Below, in pieces: positions 22,022 through 34,200 of a DNA stretch of 64,000 bases. A program made the position numbers and the translations under genes. Below the pieces are notes generated by a model, which searched no databases, had not been told where the DNA came from, and saw nothing but the letters and a program-made list of their open reading frames with translations. The DNA lies in contig CM000208.1 of the NCBI GenBank assembly GCA_000002445.1, forward strand, positions 3,424,001 to 3,488,000. The letters run 5' to 3'. Source of the stretch: Trypanosoma brucei. Taxonomy: Eukaryota. Numbering within the stretch: position 1 is the stretch's first letter; each line of letters starts with the position of its first letter.

Positions 22022-24084
22022 GAGAAGTTATATTCGAAGGAAGAAAAAAAGAGGAAGAAAGAAGCAAAACGACGGAAACCGCAATGCAACGCAGTTCAGC
22101 GATAAGTTACCAATGAGACCTGCGGTACCCGTCACAGCCGACAAAACACTTTTCAGGGTCGTTCAACGTAATTTAAATTTCCCTTTTACTCACAAACGCT
22201 GTCGCTTCTGCACGTTTCTTGACTCCTTCTGAGCGCTTTACGTGCGAGTGAGTAAATGAGCGGGTGCGTCTGGAGTGAGCCGTGGTGACTTCCTTACCGC
22301 CTGGTAGCGTAAGCAATCCAACAGCTTATCCTAAAAGTACTCAAGTATAATCCCACCCACAGGCGACCCAAGCAAGTGGTACATAAACAAATGAAGAGAG
22401 AAAAGGGAGAGATGGATGATGATGATGATAATAGTAATAATGAGACGCAACACCATAATTTTAGCATGATGTAAAGATTACTTCCTTTCCACCAGTCACC
22501 ACATGCTTCACTTGAGTGGGGTATTAGCAGTAAGAGTTTTTCTTTTTGGTTTTGAAAAGAAACCGCGTACCTGAGTCTTTTTAAATAGTTGTGTATGCAT
22601 GCGTGCGTGTTTGTGTTTCTTTTCCTTTTTATTAAATTCCAGAAAACAACCCCTCAGTTTGCCTCCTTTTCCTTCGATAACACAGAGTGTACAGATACCA
22701 CATCTTTTCACTTTTTAAAAAAAAAATCGCGCTTACTAATAACAAAACAGAGTAACAGTGCCTGCAGCGAAATGCTTCCTTACATCAACTTCACACGCAG
22801 CTGCTGCTATCCGTACACCGTCTCCTCTTCACTACCACACACACACACACATAAAGATATAAAACGTGCGGTCGCACAAACAAGAGGCCATGCGATTTGT
22901 ACAAACAAGTGAGTGAGAATGTTTAATTTGTCATTCATGTATCACTTGTACTCATCTCTTCCTCTTCTCAATCCTTTTTTTTCTATTCTCATATCTACTT
23001 TTGCTTATTTCTCCTTCCCTCTTTAACTCATTTTTTTTTATTTCCCCATCATATGCTCCCTTGGCAGTAAACGAAGAAACACCCACTCAATTCATTCACC
23101 TGCTCGCTCATGCTTCAGTGACATTTATTCCCGCAATCACTTATAGACGCCCATTATATTTTTACCGAAAGGGTAAAGAAAGAAGAAACAAAAAATAGGT
23201 TAACTGACAAATCGACAAAACAACAACGACAAGAAGAACAAAGAGAAAAAAAATACAGAGTTCGAAACACAGAAGGCCACCATAAAGGAGGTGGCGCTGC
23301 TGTCATCACTTACCGCCAAATGCATGTACGTAAACAACGTGGGTGTGTGGAGAGAAAAAGCGTTGTTGCGAAAGTTAAATATCCCAGTTTTGCAAATAAT
23401 CTTTAAAGGGAGACTCAACAGCACACGCCCCCCCCAAAAAAAAAATCAAAACAAAAACAAGAATATTGAGTCATGCGTAACTTTTGCTCTCCCTTCCTTC
23501 CCGTCCTCTCATACACATACACACACACATATGTAAATGCATGCGCACATGCTCCAAAACTCAGGTTTTGTGCCCACTTCCGCTTACTCCCTCTCCTTTT
23601 TGTGCACACCTTGCGTCTTTCCATAAGATCACTCTACCATTTCCCTCTTCTCTATCATACCCCGTCACCCTCATATAAGCAGCCATCGTGCTTTCATTCC
23701 GTCCTCCTTTTCAAAAAAAAAACGAAAGAATATACAAGCACCTTCATGCTAATGGAAGCGGTCTCTTTACAGCATTACATTGCCGTAAAAGTGACCTGCG
23801 CAGCATCAAATAAATAAACGGAGTGGAGGAGAGGTGAAATGCTGATTGGAAATGACACAGTCACGAAGACAACATCTGCATGCAAACATAAACACATGCA
23901 CCCACCACCCCTTGAGGAAGCTGCCGCTCTGCCGTGGAACTCACAGCCCTTTCCGCCTACACCCATTCCTTACAGTCCCCATGCGATGAACTATGATGGC
24001 AGCGACAATAGTAGTCATAATAATAATAATAAAGGTAAAGCGAGAAAAAAAACAATGATCAAAGTAGCTTAACTTTCCTTTTTC

Positions 24085-26859
24085 TTAACATGTCTCTTTT
24101 TCCTTCGCACCGAGATCACAGTCGGGGGGCTGCTCAACGTCGATAGGCACAGCCGACTCCGACATACGCCGCCTGAGGGCTTTTATTGTCATATGGAAAC
24201 GCCACTCAAGAAGAAGGCCTACAGCAGCCGCCGCAGCAATCACCCCAGTGAGCACAACATATAGCACCACTGCTAATCCCTTGGAAATGGTGACAAACTG
24301 TGTGTTCCCCGCCGTTGTTGAATTATCATCCCCTGATGGGGACGGAATGGCGGTCTTCAGAACGGTTGACTTGGGAGAAGCCTCAACAGTAAAACGGAAC
24401 CCCTCTGTGAGGAGGAACTCACTGTTGGTGTCGTTTTCCGAAACGCGCAGGACGGCTTTGAAGTGGAACTCCACACGCCCACTGAAACCACGACGAATAA
24501 GGGCCCCCGGAATGAATGAAAAGCTAGGGGATGCCGTCGAAGGAGAGTGCCGCAAGTCAGCGTGCTGATGAGGTGAATCATTGGCAGTGCGACGGTAATG
24601 CAAAAGTGATGCGTACTCACTGCTACTCCGGCACCGCACCCGAGAAGATGAATCTTCTCCATTCACCCACTCCTCCTTTTCTACACGATGATGAGACTCA
24701 CTATCGAGCAGAAACTGCAATGCCCTCCCTTTTTTGGTGGTTCTGTTGCATCGAAAAGTGCCTGAAACAGCTGCCGCGTCGACAGATAAAACAAGACGAT
24801 GCAACGACACCTTCGTCACTTGAAAAGGCACGTCCCCTGTCTTCCGGACATTCAACGAAACGTGAACCCGGTCGTTTGAACCATATGACCGGTTCCCTTC
24901 GGTGGTGCAGCCGTTCCCTTTCTTAGCGCGGCCCCTAATGACGTCCTCAAGCACACTTCTCGCTTCAAGTTGAGCGGCGAGCGGAAGTTGACCACCACGA
25001 CCAAGAGACCACCACTGTAACGGCAACCGACATAACTCCGCATATACTTCAAAGCCAAAACCGCTAATACGTATGCCCTGACGGATGTTGATAAGATCGC
25101 TTCGACCATCCTCAAAAAGGATGCGGAGAACAAATGCATCTTTAGCGGATCCTGAAACAGAGGGCTTCGTGCTTCTGGTAACCACACGACCGGTAGCAGA
25201 AACGTTGAGAACATCATCCCCTGGCTCGCTGTCTTTAGAGTGACGCCTCAACACCCCGACCACTTGGACCCTCTCAAAATGGACTTCGGTCACGCGAGCA
25301 GGTTGGGGGAGCTCCCCGTATCTGCTTTTGTTGTGCATCTCACCGGGGCATGCGGAGTGGTTATGTACAATTGGGACTGTCAGCGACGAGTTAATCATTT
25401 CCACACCAGTAACACGAGGTGCCGCCGCTGTATGAAGGGAAGATTGTGCACCTGAAGCGGCTGTCGAATTTACAGGGGACCGACGACGCAATCGTACAAG
25501 AAAGTTGTACGAGTATAACTGCCTTCCCGTGATGTTGTCGCACGACGAAGTGGACCACACGCCAATTAATGAACTGAGAGTCACATTCGGTGATTTCACG
25601 TCGTGAACTAGCGAGGAACTGCGTTTTGAGGAACCCGGCAAGTGCCTCTTATTACCCATCCTCTTATGTGAAGTCGCCGTCCCCGACTGAATTGAACGGT
25701 GGTTGAGTGCTTGAGGCATTCTCGTAACAGCAGCCGTCGTGCTCTGCAGCTGCAAGCGCAAATTATAAGGTTGATAACCAAATACAACCCCCTTCGATGG
25801 TAAGCTCCAGCTCACGGGTTCAACTACTTGCAAGTACACGGACCCAACAAGAATGTTACCGTCTATCAATGTAAAGAGGGGCTCACCGGTACTACTATTC
25901 CGCATCTGGAGGAGGTAATTGAGAGAAATATCCCCTATCCAAGTCGCATCACAGTCATTTATGTGCAACTTCCAGTGAATGCCTAAACTTCGTTCATAAC
26001 CCCCGGAAATCGCACCGGGTGGTGTAAGCATCGGTGCGTATTTGCACGGATCGAGGCGATAGACATCACAATCTCGGTGATTCCCACCAAACTTATGATA
26101 GTAATTCTCTCCACTCTTGTATGCATCACTCTGCGTATCAAGACGATTGGTGAGTTTTCTATCGTCAAACTTCCATATGGTTGTCGCGGAACCGTCCCTC
26201 CCCTGACGGTCGAGGCAGCTTGTATTGAAAGATGGGTTGGCAGCTGTAGGCACCGACGCGGAGGTGAGAAGTGAGCCACCTTCGAGAGTCTTGTTTGTAA
26301 TGCTTCGAAGTGGTTCGAAGGTAACGAAACGAACTGCCATGTTACCAATTGACGTTACCAAACGCAGCCTTAGCGACTGCCTATCTTTGCTAATTTCAAA
26401 GAGCATATCATCAGATGCCTCACCGTCCCGACTGGGAGCCGCAGGATATTGACTGCTCAGCGTTCTGTTAGCAACACCGAAGATGCGAGTGTGGTGTAAA
26501 GAACCGCGCCTTGTGGCTGAATCGCAAGTGCCACGGCACACAATATTTCCAAGTTTGTACACAGTCGAAACGTTATGCGCAGCCAGCGGCTGCCGTGAGC
26601 GATGTAGAGGCCTCCTCACATTACTTTTGCTAAACCCATGGCAAACGCCACCACCATCCGAGGAATTGAGGTGACAGCTTCTCCCAACGAGCAATGCCTC
26701 CTCTTCGCCTATCGCAGACGAGTAAAGCGCGCATTGCATGAGTACCAGAAACGTCAAGGATATAGGGAAACCTCCAATGATGGACACCAAAGCAGGGGTG
26801 CACCCGCATCCCTTATTGCCGATGTGAAGACACCTAGTGGTGCACATTGTCGTTAGCAA
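24085..26859 (-). CDS. Hypothetical type I membrane glycoprotein (924 aa): signal-peptide-like N-terminus, large ectodomain with many N-x-S/T sequons, single TM, short cytoplasmic tail
   Basis: N-terminal hydrophobic stretch FPISLTFLVLMQCALYSSAIG. At least 25 NxS/T sequons. C-terminal helix GLAVVLYVVLTGVIAAAAAVGLLL is followed by a basic stop-transfer (EWRFHMTIKALRRRMSE) and a roughly 35-aa tail. No family recognised. Confidence 0.55.
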   Translation of the reverse strand: MLTTMCTTRCLHIGNKGCGCTPALVSIIGGFPISLTFLVLMQCALYSSAIGEEEALLVGRSCHLNSSDGGGVCHGFSKSNVRRPLHRSRQPLAAHNVSTVYKLGNIVCRGTCDSATRRGSLHHTRIFGVANRTLSSQYPAAPSRDGEASDDMLFEISKDRQSLRLRLVTSIGNMAVRFVTFEPLRSITNKTLEGGSLLTSASVPTAANPSFNTSCLDRQGRDGSATTIWKFDDRKLTNRLDTQSDAYKSGENYYHKFGGNHRDCDVYRLDPCKYAPMLTPPGAISGGYERSLGIHWKLHINDCDATWIGDISLNYLLQMRNSSTGEPLFTLIDGNILVGSVYLQVVEPVSWSLPSKGVVFGYQPYNLRLQLQSTTAAVTRMPQALNHRSIQSGTATSHKRMGNKRHLPGSSKRSSSLVHDVKSPNVTLSSLIGVWSTSSCDNITGRQLYSYNFLVRLRRRSPVNSTAASGAQSSLHTAAAPRVTGVEMINSSLTVPIVHNHSACPGEMHNKSRYGELPQPARVTEVHFERVQVVGVLRRHSKDSEPGDDVLNVSATGRVVTRSTKPSVSGSAKDAFVLRILFEDGRSDLINIRQGIRISGFGFEVYAELCRLPLQWWSLGRGGQLPLAAQLEARSVLEDVIRGRAKKGNGCTTEGNRSYGSNDRVHVSLNVRKTGDVPFQVTKVSLHRLVLSVDAAAVSGTFRCNRTTKKGRALQFLLDSESHHRVEKEEWVNGEDSSSRVRCRSSSEYASLLHYRRTANDSPHQHADLRHSPSTASPSFSFIPGALIRRGFSGRVEFHFKAVLRVSENDTNSEFLLTEGFRFTVEASPKSTVLKTAIPSPSGDDNSTTAGNTQFVTISKGLAVVLYVVLTGVIAAAAAVGLLLEWRFHMTIKALRRRMSESAVPIDVEQPPDCDLGAKEKETC

Positions 26860-27735
26860 TTTTTTTTTTCAAAGAAACCACAAAAACGGTAGCACTAACT
26901 GGGAAATAAATTAGATTAAAGGGAGGAAAAAAGGGAAACGAACGTCTCTGCTCTGCTTCCCCTTTCACCCTGCTGTCGGATATTCCTCGTAAGATTTTCT
27001 TGTCTACTACTATTACTATTGTATTTATTAACGCTCCTCCACACCTTCCACTGCCAACCTCAAGCACCTGATATTTACTTTCCTTTTCTTTCTGTTTTTT
27101 CGTTTACCCGGTTGGCAAAAACCGGAATGCAATTAAAAAAAAACCCAAACACACGTCGGAACGACGGAAACGTGCTCCCTTCTTCCCTTTTTTTCACTAT
27201 AAGCTGAATGCAAGGACAAGCAAAACAACAAGAGAAAAAAAAAGAAACGAAAGGAAGAAGATAAGTGTTATTGACTCATGTTCGCGTTGGCACATTGAGA
27301 AATCCCTATTTGGCCATGTGGGCGCTAAACCACAACACCGAAACACTCAAGCGAAAAGGACGCAAAGCCCTCCAAAGGGAAGATAAAAAGGAAAACAAAA
27401 ACGATGGTAATGATGGTATAAACAAATAAATAGTGCGGTCGATATAACGGAAACACGTATTTTCATCTCTGAAGCCAATTAAAGTGAACGTGCAGGTAAA
27501 TAGCGTTAAAGCGCCCAAACAAACCCCTTGCCACCTGTTTGTCAACGCCGTGCGTGTTTTATCCATCCAACACTGATGCCATCGTGCTTCAACCATCAGA
27601 AAGTAAAATAAGCGCCCAAACACTGCTGTTCAACAGGGGAAAAAATACCTGGGTTGATAATGTCATATCCTACACATACAGACATATAAAAACAAAAAGA
27701 AATAGTCGCATATGTATTCTCTCTCGCGTACTCTC

Positions 27736-28596
27736 TCATGTTCCTATCCCACACTCTCTGAGTCCACTAATAGTCACGGAGAGAGTTAATGACACGTGGC
27801 CAGTTAAGGGCGCAGCAGTCAACACGCAACGATCCTCCCCAGTGCACAGAAACATGGGATCTCGAAGCTCTGGCCGTTGGCCAGTTAGCCACGATATAAA
27901 GGACTGTTTAGTCGTGCTGGGCCTGAGCTGTAGCAACGGAAGCCTCTTCCTGTGCATTCCATTTTGCATAGGTATAAAACAGCGACTATACGACACGCAT
28001 TGCTCACCACTTCTGCTACCACTAGTCTGGTCTTCGGATGCCTTGCTTCTTTGGGGTATGGCACCCTTAACGGTATGCAACGTTACTACCAATTGTGGCC
28101 AACCGTGTGGGTTTGTACTCTGCAACGAACACTCAAAGGGTGCGCTCCACGTGAAGCGCGAAAATGGATCAGCCGACACTACGGACAGTTGCGTCACCAC
28201 CTCACTTTGACACTGTTGACCCAATGACCGAACTAACGGCACTTCTCCAAGTCTTGTGTCTCCTCCGCTAAGTGAATTATGTGTTGTCCAGTCGGGTCCG
28301 TACACCCAATACGTCCGCGCAAAAAGAACGTCGGCCTCGTGGCACTCGGCGCCCTCCAAAACGCCCTGCACGATAATGTCAAAGCCTGCGGAACGTGACG
28401 GAAAAGCCGTAGAGCGTGAAGAAGGAAAAGGATCTAAACGCGGAGGCTGACGAGGATTTGCTCTCAGTTGTTCATAGTGGAGGTTACGGAAGGTTCTTTC
28501 CCCAAGCCCATCGTCACTCTCTTCATCAGTCTCCTTCGGTGGGTATTCAATGTACTGGCGATCGCTGCCAAGTGGTTTATATACACTTTCCTCCAT
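27736..28596 (-). CDS. B9-domain protein (B9D1/MKS1 family, ciliary transition-zone MKS module)
   Basis: QSTNPHGWPQLVVTLHTVKG and FISWLTGQRPELRDPMFLCTGEDRCV parallel B9D1 'KSTNPYGWPQIVLSVYGPD' and '[26 protein letters not shown]'. The ORF-track start at 28812 runs into AT-rich low complexity (YLFISPVYAYSHTY). I place the start at MEESVYKPLG (28596), which leaves a roughly 85-aa N-terminal extension before the B9 domain. Confidence 0.7.
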   Translation of the reverse strand: MEESVYKPLGSDRQYIEYPPKETDEESDDGLGERTFRNLHYEQLRANPRQPPRLDPFPSSRSTAFPSRSAGFDIIVQGVLEGAECHEADVLFARTYWVYGPDWTTHNSLSGGDTRLGEVPLVRSLGQQCQSEVVTQLSVVSADPFSRFTWSAPFECSLQSTNPHGWPQLVVTLHTVKGAIPQRSKASEDQTSGSRSGEQCVSYSRCFIPMQNGMHRKRLPLLQLRPSTTKQSFISWLTGQRPELRDPMFLCTGEDRCVLTAAPLTGHVSLTLSVTISGLRECGIGT

Positions 28597-29498
28597 TTTC
28601 TGATCCGCATACGTGTGTGAGTATGCGTAGACGGGAGAGATAAATAAATAAAAACACGTATGATAAAAAGAGAAAATAAATGGACCAATATCAAAGGAAT
28701 GGCCACTAGTACAAAAAGAAATATCGTTTGTTTTTTTTGTTTGCACATAGAAGGGGGAGGGGTCAAGAAATACGAGTACGAAGCAACGTCTGTGTGTCTC
28801 TCCGGTGCGCACTCTGAAAGTTAAGATGGAAGCACCGTATCTGTTGTGAGGACAACGCGACAGTCTGGAAAAAAAAAAGCCGCGAAGGAGTATTTGAAAG
28901 TTGGGCAGGGCACATATCGCTTATGTTCCGTGAAAACGTTCGGTTGCACCCCCAAAAAAAATATTCTCGAATTCCCACTATGTTCGCCCTGAGCTGCTTT
29001 GCTGAAATCTTACTTTCAACCGCACCAACAGAAAAGGGGGAAAATTCATCTCCCTTACCCTATTGCAGTCACAAGGATAAACCAGAGGGGCAAAAACAGG
29101 GTAAAGCAAAATAATACAATACAATACAATATTAATACGAACTTGTTGCTCCTTCACACTCCTTCCGCACTTAAACAGTAAAAGATTTTTTTAGTTGGAA
29201 AAAAAAGGTGAAGTTGAATAACGATGTGGCAAGTCCTCAAAAGGAAACGGGGAAGGAGGCACAAACAAACAAACAAAATATAAAGAAGAAAGCCCGCCAC
29301 AGGAAAACCTTACACGGTGTAGAAAAAAAAAGGGAAGAAGGAGTACATACAAAACAAATATACACTCGAAAACAAAAACAAAAATGCCATGCAGCACGTT
29401 AGCAACCTAAGTGTGCGCACAAAGTCAAAAAACTCCATTCGCTATCCTGATGCTAACTCCTGGCACCTATATATGGAAATAACAAATAAATAACATTA

Positions 29499-30685
29499 TC
29501 ATCGAAACTTTTGTGACACCAATGCAACAGCCACACAAAAAAATATCAAAGACAGGGCGACAATAGCGAGGAATAACTTGACCCTTCGGCTTTGCCTTCC
29601 CTGAGGTGAAAAACTAAAGTAAGTGAGAAAGGGCTGTAAATACACATCACGCTCCGTAATCACGTCGTCTGTCATTCCTTCGCAACCAAGATCACCTGGG
29701 ACGGGCGGCGGCGGTCTGTTACACACGACCCTGCAGTCCTTCCCACTTACACGTGCGGCAGTCCTCCAATTAGTTTCCCCCAAACATAACTGCACAGCAT
29801 GTGAATCAGCTACAGGAAAGGAATGCAACGACAGTTGAGACCCTTTCCCAACGTCATCAACAACTTCTACTGAAACATTAGTGCACTGCCTAGGAATACC
29901 TAAGGCGGTACAACCCGGATGTTTCTCTGGTGAGTGGCCAGCGGCCTCTCCGTAGCAATCCGCAGATAACGTAGCGGAACAATCAGAACATGAGGTCAAC
30001 TCCTGACACCCTGCACTCACCAAACACTGCTCAAGTCTTCGAAGGCATTCTTCAGTGAGTTGCAGTTCCTCCATGTCAATTCCGTTGAAGTACGTGCGGT
30101 GATATTGCACAAAACGGGAAAGCTCCCGATGGCGTGATCGCGCGACGGCGAGCCAAACGGGTAAAACTTCAGTATAATTTTCTTCCGGCGAAAATGGCGG
30201 TTGCCGCTCGGTGCTCTGCTGTTGGCACTTAATAAAATGCTCCTCGTACCATTCTACAAGGGTGTTGTGCTCCGCTACTAGCTCATGGGCAAATGAAGTA
30301 TGCAGCGGAGCCCAATGATACTCCTCCGAGCAAGCGATAGGAATCCTTGTGTCCATATAGGGAGAAGAAAAATGTGCTTGTTTTGTCAATTTCGATGTCG
30401 TTGAGTTCAGATAGGCTCTCGGTGCACCGCATCCATCACCTGTGGAAGGAAAAGAACGTTCGCGCTCCTTACAAACGGAAGTTGAGGTGTCCACCTGTGC
30501 TGCGCTTTTGTTTCCAGTAACCTCGGATACACCAGCCGCATCACAGAATTCTGTCGCGGCAGGCAACGCACCGCTCACGACAGGTCGCCTGCGTAACCGC
30601 AAGCTTTGTAGCCGCTCAACTTTCCTAGCTTTCAGTTTTCTTCCCAAAACATGTGGGGCGTGCTCATTGTGCGGCTCCGTACTCA

Positions 30686-30686
<1 letters not shown>
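29499..30686 (-). CDS. Hypothetical tail-anchored membrane protein (C-terminal TM helix), start codon uncertain
   Basis: ORF on the polycistron strand. C-terminal hydrophobic helix VKLFLAIVALSLIFFCVAVALV is followed by only 6 residues. The ORF-track N-terminus MRAHTHTHTHTH is just the (GT)n microsatellite read in frame. The start is placed at the next Met (MSTEPHNEH, 30686), and a later Met (MDTRIPIA) is also possible. Confidence 0.45.

Positions 30687-30688
<2 letters not shown>

Positions 30689-30716
<28 letters not shown>
30689..30716. repeat. (GT)n microsatellite, about 14 units, at or overlapping the 5' end of the 29499..30686 gene
   Basis: Direct reading: tgtgtgtgtgtgtgtgtgtgtgtgtgtg immediately upstream (sense orientation) of the MSTEPH Met. 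It creates the artefactual MRAHTHTHTH N-terminus in the ORF track. Confidence 0.95.
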
Positions 30717-30719
<3 letters not shown>

Positions 30720-31274
30720 CCGCATGACAATTCATACGTCGTTCAAGGAAAGAAAATGCAAAAAAGAGAGAAAAAGAGGGTGGATGGAATAGTTAGCAAG
30801 ATACAGAGGCTAACAACCGTCGATGGTATGAAACCCCGTCATGAAAGCTACCACAAATCATCTGTACACCTACCTTTCATCACCGCTATTTAAATTTGAA
30901 TTGCTGCTTCTTTTTGCTTCTCTTTTTTGTTTTGCATTCTCTCGTTGGAAATCATGTACAGTTCCATAATATTACATACGTGAGGTAAGTGCCGACGTTT
31001 AATGTGCTGGCCAATCCACACTGTGTTAACCATACATGAAAGCATCCCATCACATGCACAAAATTAGTAGGAACATCTAAAACAGTAGGAAGACTGTCGG
31101 CAGGAATGTTGTTGCTTCCACCTTTTAAGGAGGAAAAAAAAAAGACAAAATCCGGCTCAAAACAAAAAAAAAGAAAAAAAAACTTCCACCGTATGTGAAG
31201 CGAAGTTGCAGCAATCCGCCTCACCTTTACTTCACTCACTTAGGTACTTAACGTAACGTAGCAACACAGACCCG

Positions 31275-34200
31275 TCATATCCCACTGGGTTTGCTTCCAC
31301 CTCCTCGTGTAGTACAAACAGCAGGGAGGGGCGGAAGTGGACGACGAAGCATGCGACGAAGTTCGTTCATAAGAATGCGTGCATTCGTACCCGGTGGCTC
31401 AACAACCATTTGCGGGGCCTGGTCCGCTCGAGCTCCTCCACGACGCTTCGGTCGTACGGGCCCCCGCTGCTTCGACTGAGGTGGCGGTTTTGGAGTCTCT
31501 GGTTTTTGCACAGGCTCTTTACGCTCGACATCTTCTTTCAAGGCTTCGGATTGGGCGTCCTCTATTTCAACTTTCTTCCGCCGCTTCGTCCTTTTTCCTT
31601 CCAAAGCTACACCTGTCATGAAAACGGCATCCTGTGGCAGTGCGCCCTCGTCCGAAGAAGTCTCCGTCTCGTCGTCTGTTGTCTCCCTTCTCTTCTCCAC
31701 CTCATGCGGTTGCGGGTCGGCCTCCTTTACGTCATCATCATCATCCGTAGGCACAAGTACTTGAGCCATTTGCCTTTTCTCTTTTTCTCTTGTCGTGCGG
31801 TAGGGCCGTTTGGAGTTTTTATGAGATGAGGTTCCGGCAAGACGATGCACATTCATGTATTCCTCGTGCTTAGGCACGGTGACAAGTCCCGTTCGCGGAT
31901 GCACCATCGAGGATACAACTACATCACCCGACTGCTGTGACCGCTTCTTTCCATAGAATTGCGCTGCAGTTCGTTTTGGCATGACAGTATCGTCGAAAAC
32001 AAACTCAACGACACGGAAGTTCGTTAAAGAGGGGAGAGCGGTTGTAGTGGTAGCTTTGCCCTTGTCAAAGGAGTGAGGCATAGGGGCATCACCATACCAA
32101 CAAATGTCACCTGCTAGGATACAACTGTCCTCCGACGGACTGAAGGCGGACTGACTCTGTGTACTTTCCCCATATATCTGTGATTGATGTACACTACTAG
32201 TGTAAAAGCACTCCATGCCAACATCACCATCCTCAGGAGTCTCCGCATTTTCCCCAGAGTCCTCCATATCACCGTATCTGTATGGTTGTGAGCTCGCACC
32301 ATCTTTTTTTGTCTCGCTATTCCAAACACTAAAATCTTGATTTCCTCCTTCCGATCGCTCATACATTGGCATTTCTTCGCTTTCCGTGTCATTTCTACGC
32401 ATTCTTCCTCTCCTCACATTACTTTGAAATTGTGACGATCCAATGTCATCCAACGTATCGGTACCGCACGGACTAAAAGAACCGTGCCCTCTCTGACTGC
32501 GGCTGCTACCTTGAAGGCCCATTTGTTTCCAATAGCGGCTTAGCACTGTTTGAACGAAATGCGCCCGCACCGCCCCTTGTTCCTTCTTGTTTGCTGCTAT
32601 AGGGTTTCCTATAAGTATTACCCGGGTTAGAGAATGCTGAAGCTCACTAAGCGCAACCACATCCTGCGCTCTCTCCACACGGTTATGACACAGCCCAATC
32701 ACTTCAATGCTGGGAAAGCAGAGCCCATGACCATCTTTCACCGATATGGGAGGGACACGGCGCAGCTTGTTGTGGTTTAAATTGACCTCGATCAGGGCTG
32801 GCATCGTTGACAAAGCTCTAAATACATTTTCACCATCACGAAACATATTCCCCTCAAGTGCGAAATGAGTAACGCTAGTAAGTCCTGCAAGGTCATCTGG
32901 CAGCTTACATAATTTGTTTCCACTGAGATCCAATCGCTCTAATGAAGGAAAGTAACTCAAATGTAATATGTCTGACGGTGATATTCTGTTGAAAGAAAGA
33001 TTCAACGTATGAAGATTGGGCAATAAGACATCATGTGTGCTGCATTCCACGATTCGAGAAATGTGATCTAAAACTTTCCCGGGTGACCTTTCACGGACAT
33101 AGCCGCTAAATGTATTCCTTCCAGTGGTGACATTAGCAGGGGGTGGTTCGAATTCCTGACTACTAAATTTCCCAGAACCCGCGTCTGTGGAAGACGTTTC
33201 CGCCAGATTCTCCCTCGCGTAATAAGCTGCAGCGCTCCTAATTGATGAGTTTTCGGGCCCCGAACTATCGATCCCCTCACCACGCTGAGTACTTCCGGGA
33301 CCCATCTTCATCGAACTATCGTTGCCCATGCTTCTCTTCAAGGAGTTTTGCACCACCTCAGCCAACCCCGCCAGAGAAGTAATTTGGTTATAAGCGAGGT
33401 GCAGAACTTCAAGACCCGTGAGTACCAAAAGCTGCTCCAAAAGCAGCTTGTTCTCGCTCACATCAAGGAAAGAAAGATTACCAAAGTGGGCCATGTCATC
33501 TGATATAACACCAACCAGACTCGATCCCTGTAGCGTTGCCCCCTTCACTGCATCTGGCTCCGGGACACCGCCGGCGCACAGTAGCAGGAAACCATCAAGC
33601 ATCATATTAGGGGGGGTCACATTTGTTCTAATCTGCTGTGGTCTAAGCTTACCTTCCATAGCAGCGTGAAATACACGAGCATCCTCCTCATCATCTTTCA
33701 TATCGGATATGAGCAGCAACCGCTGGGACAAGACACGTTCCCGTTTAAGATGTTCGCTGGGTGCTGGTGGCAATCTGAAGTAACTACGCAGGGATCGCTC
33801 TATTGCACTGCGACCCTTCAGGATACGAAACCCCTGAGGATGAACCACACGGGCATCGAGGCGGGGTTGCGGCCGCGCTGACTGGCGAAATAAACCCCAT
33901 AAACTGTCGGCTTTTGGCGCCGGCTGCGGTAAAAAATCCTCGGGCACAACCCCACCCACACCGTTCGATGCTCTACCGCCCCTGCGAGCACCTGAGAGTA
34001 GTGAACCCATGGTGGGTCCATTGAACTCAGTGTTGTGCGGAAACTGTACGTTGCACCGCTTTGCCTTTGGAATAACGTATTGCAAAAATTCACCTGTGCG
34101 TAACAAGACACATTCATTCCCAAATGTTTGACCTCGTCCAAAGGAGTCCCAAAACCGGTGGTGACTGTATGTTGTCTCTCTTGAACTTTCCTCCCGTTGA

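Noticed and set aside
27539-28227. 223-aa and 91-aa + strand ORFs overlapping the B9 gene
   Set aside because: They are antisense to a gene with clear B9-domain homology. They show no motif, they oppose the polycistron direction, and their composition is typical of a shadow ORF.
33160-33180. tRNA-like T-loop motif 'ggttcgaattcc'
   Set aside because: It lies inside the 1012-aa LRR CDS, has no flanking acceptor or anticodon stem complementarity that I could find, and deviates from the GGTTCGAATCC consensus.
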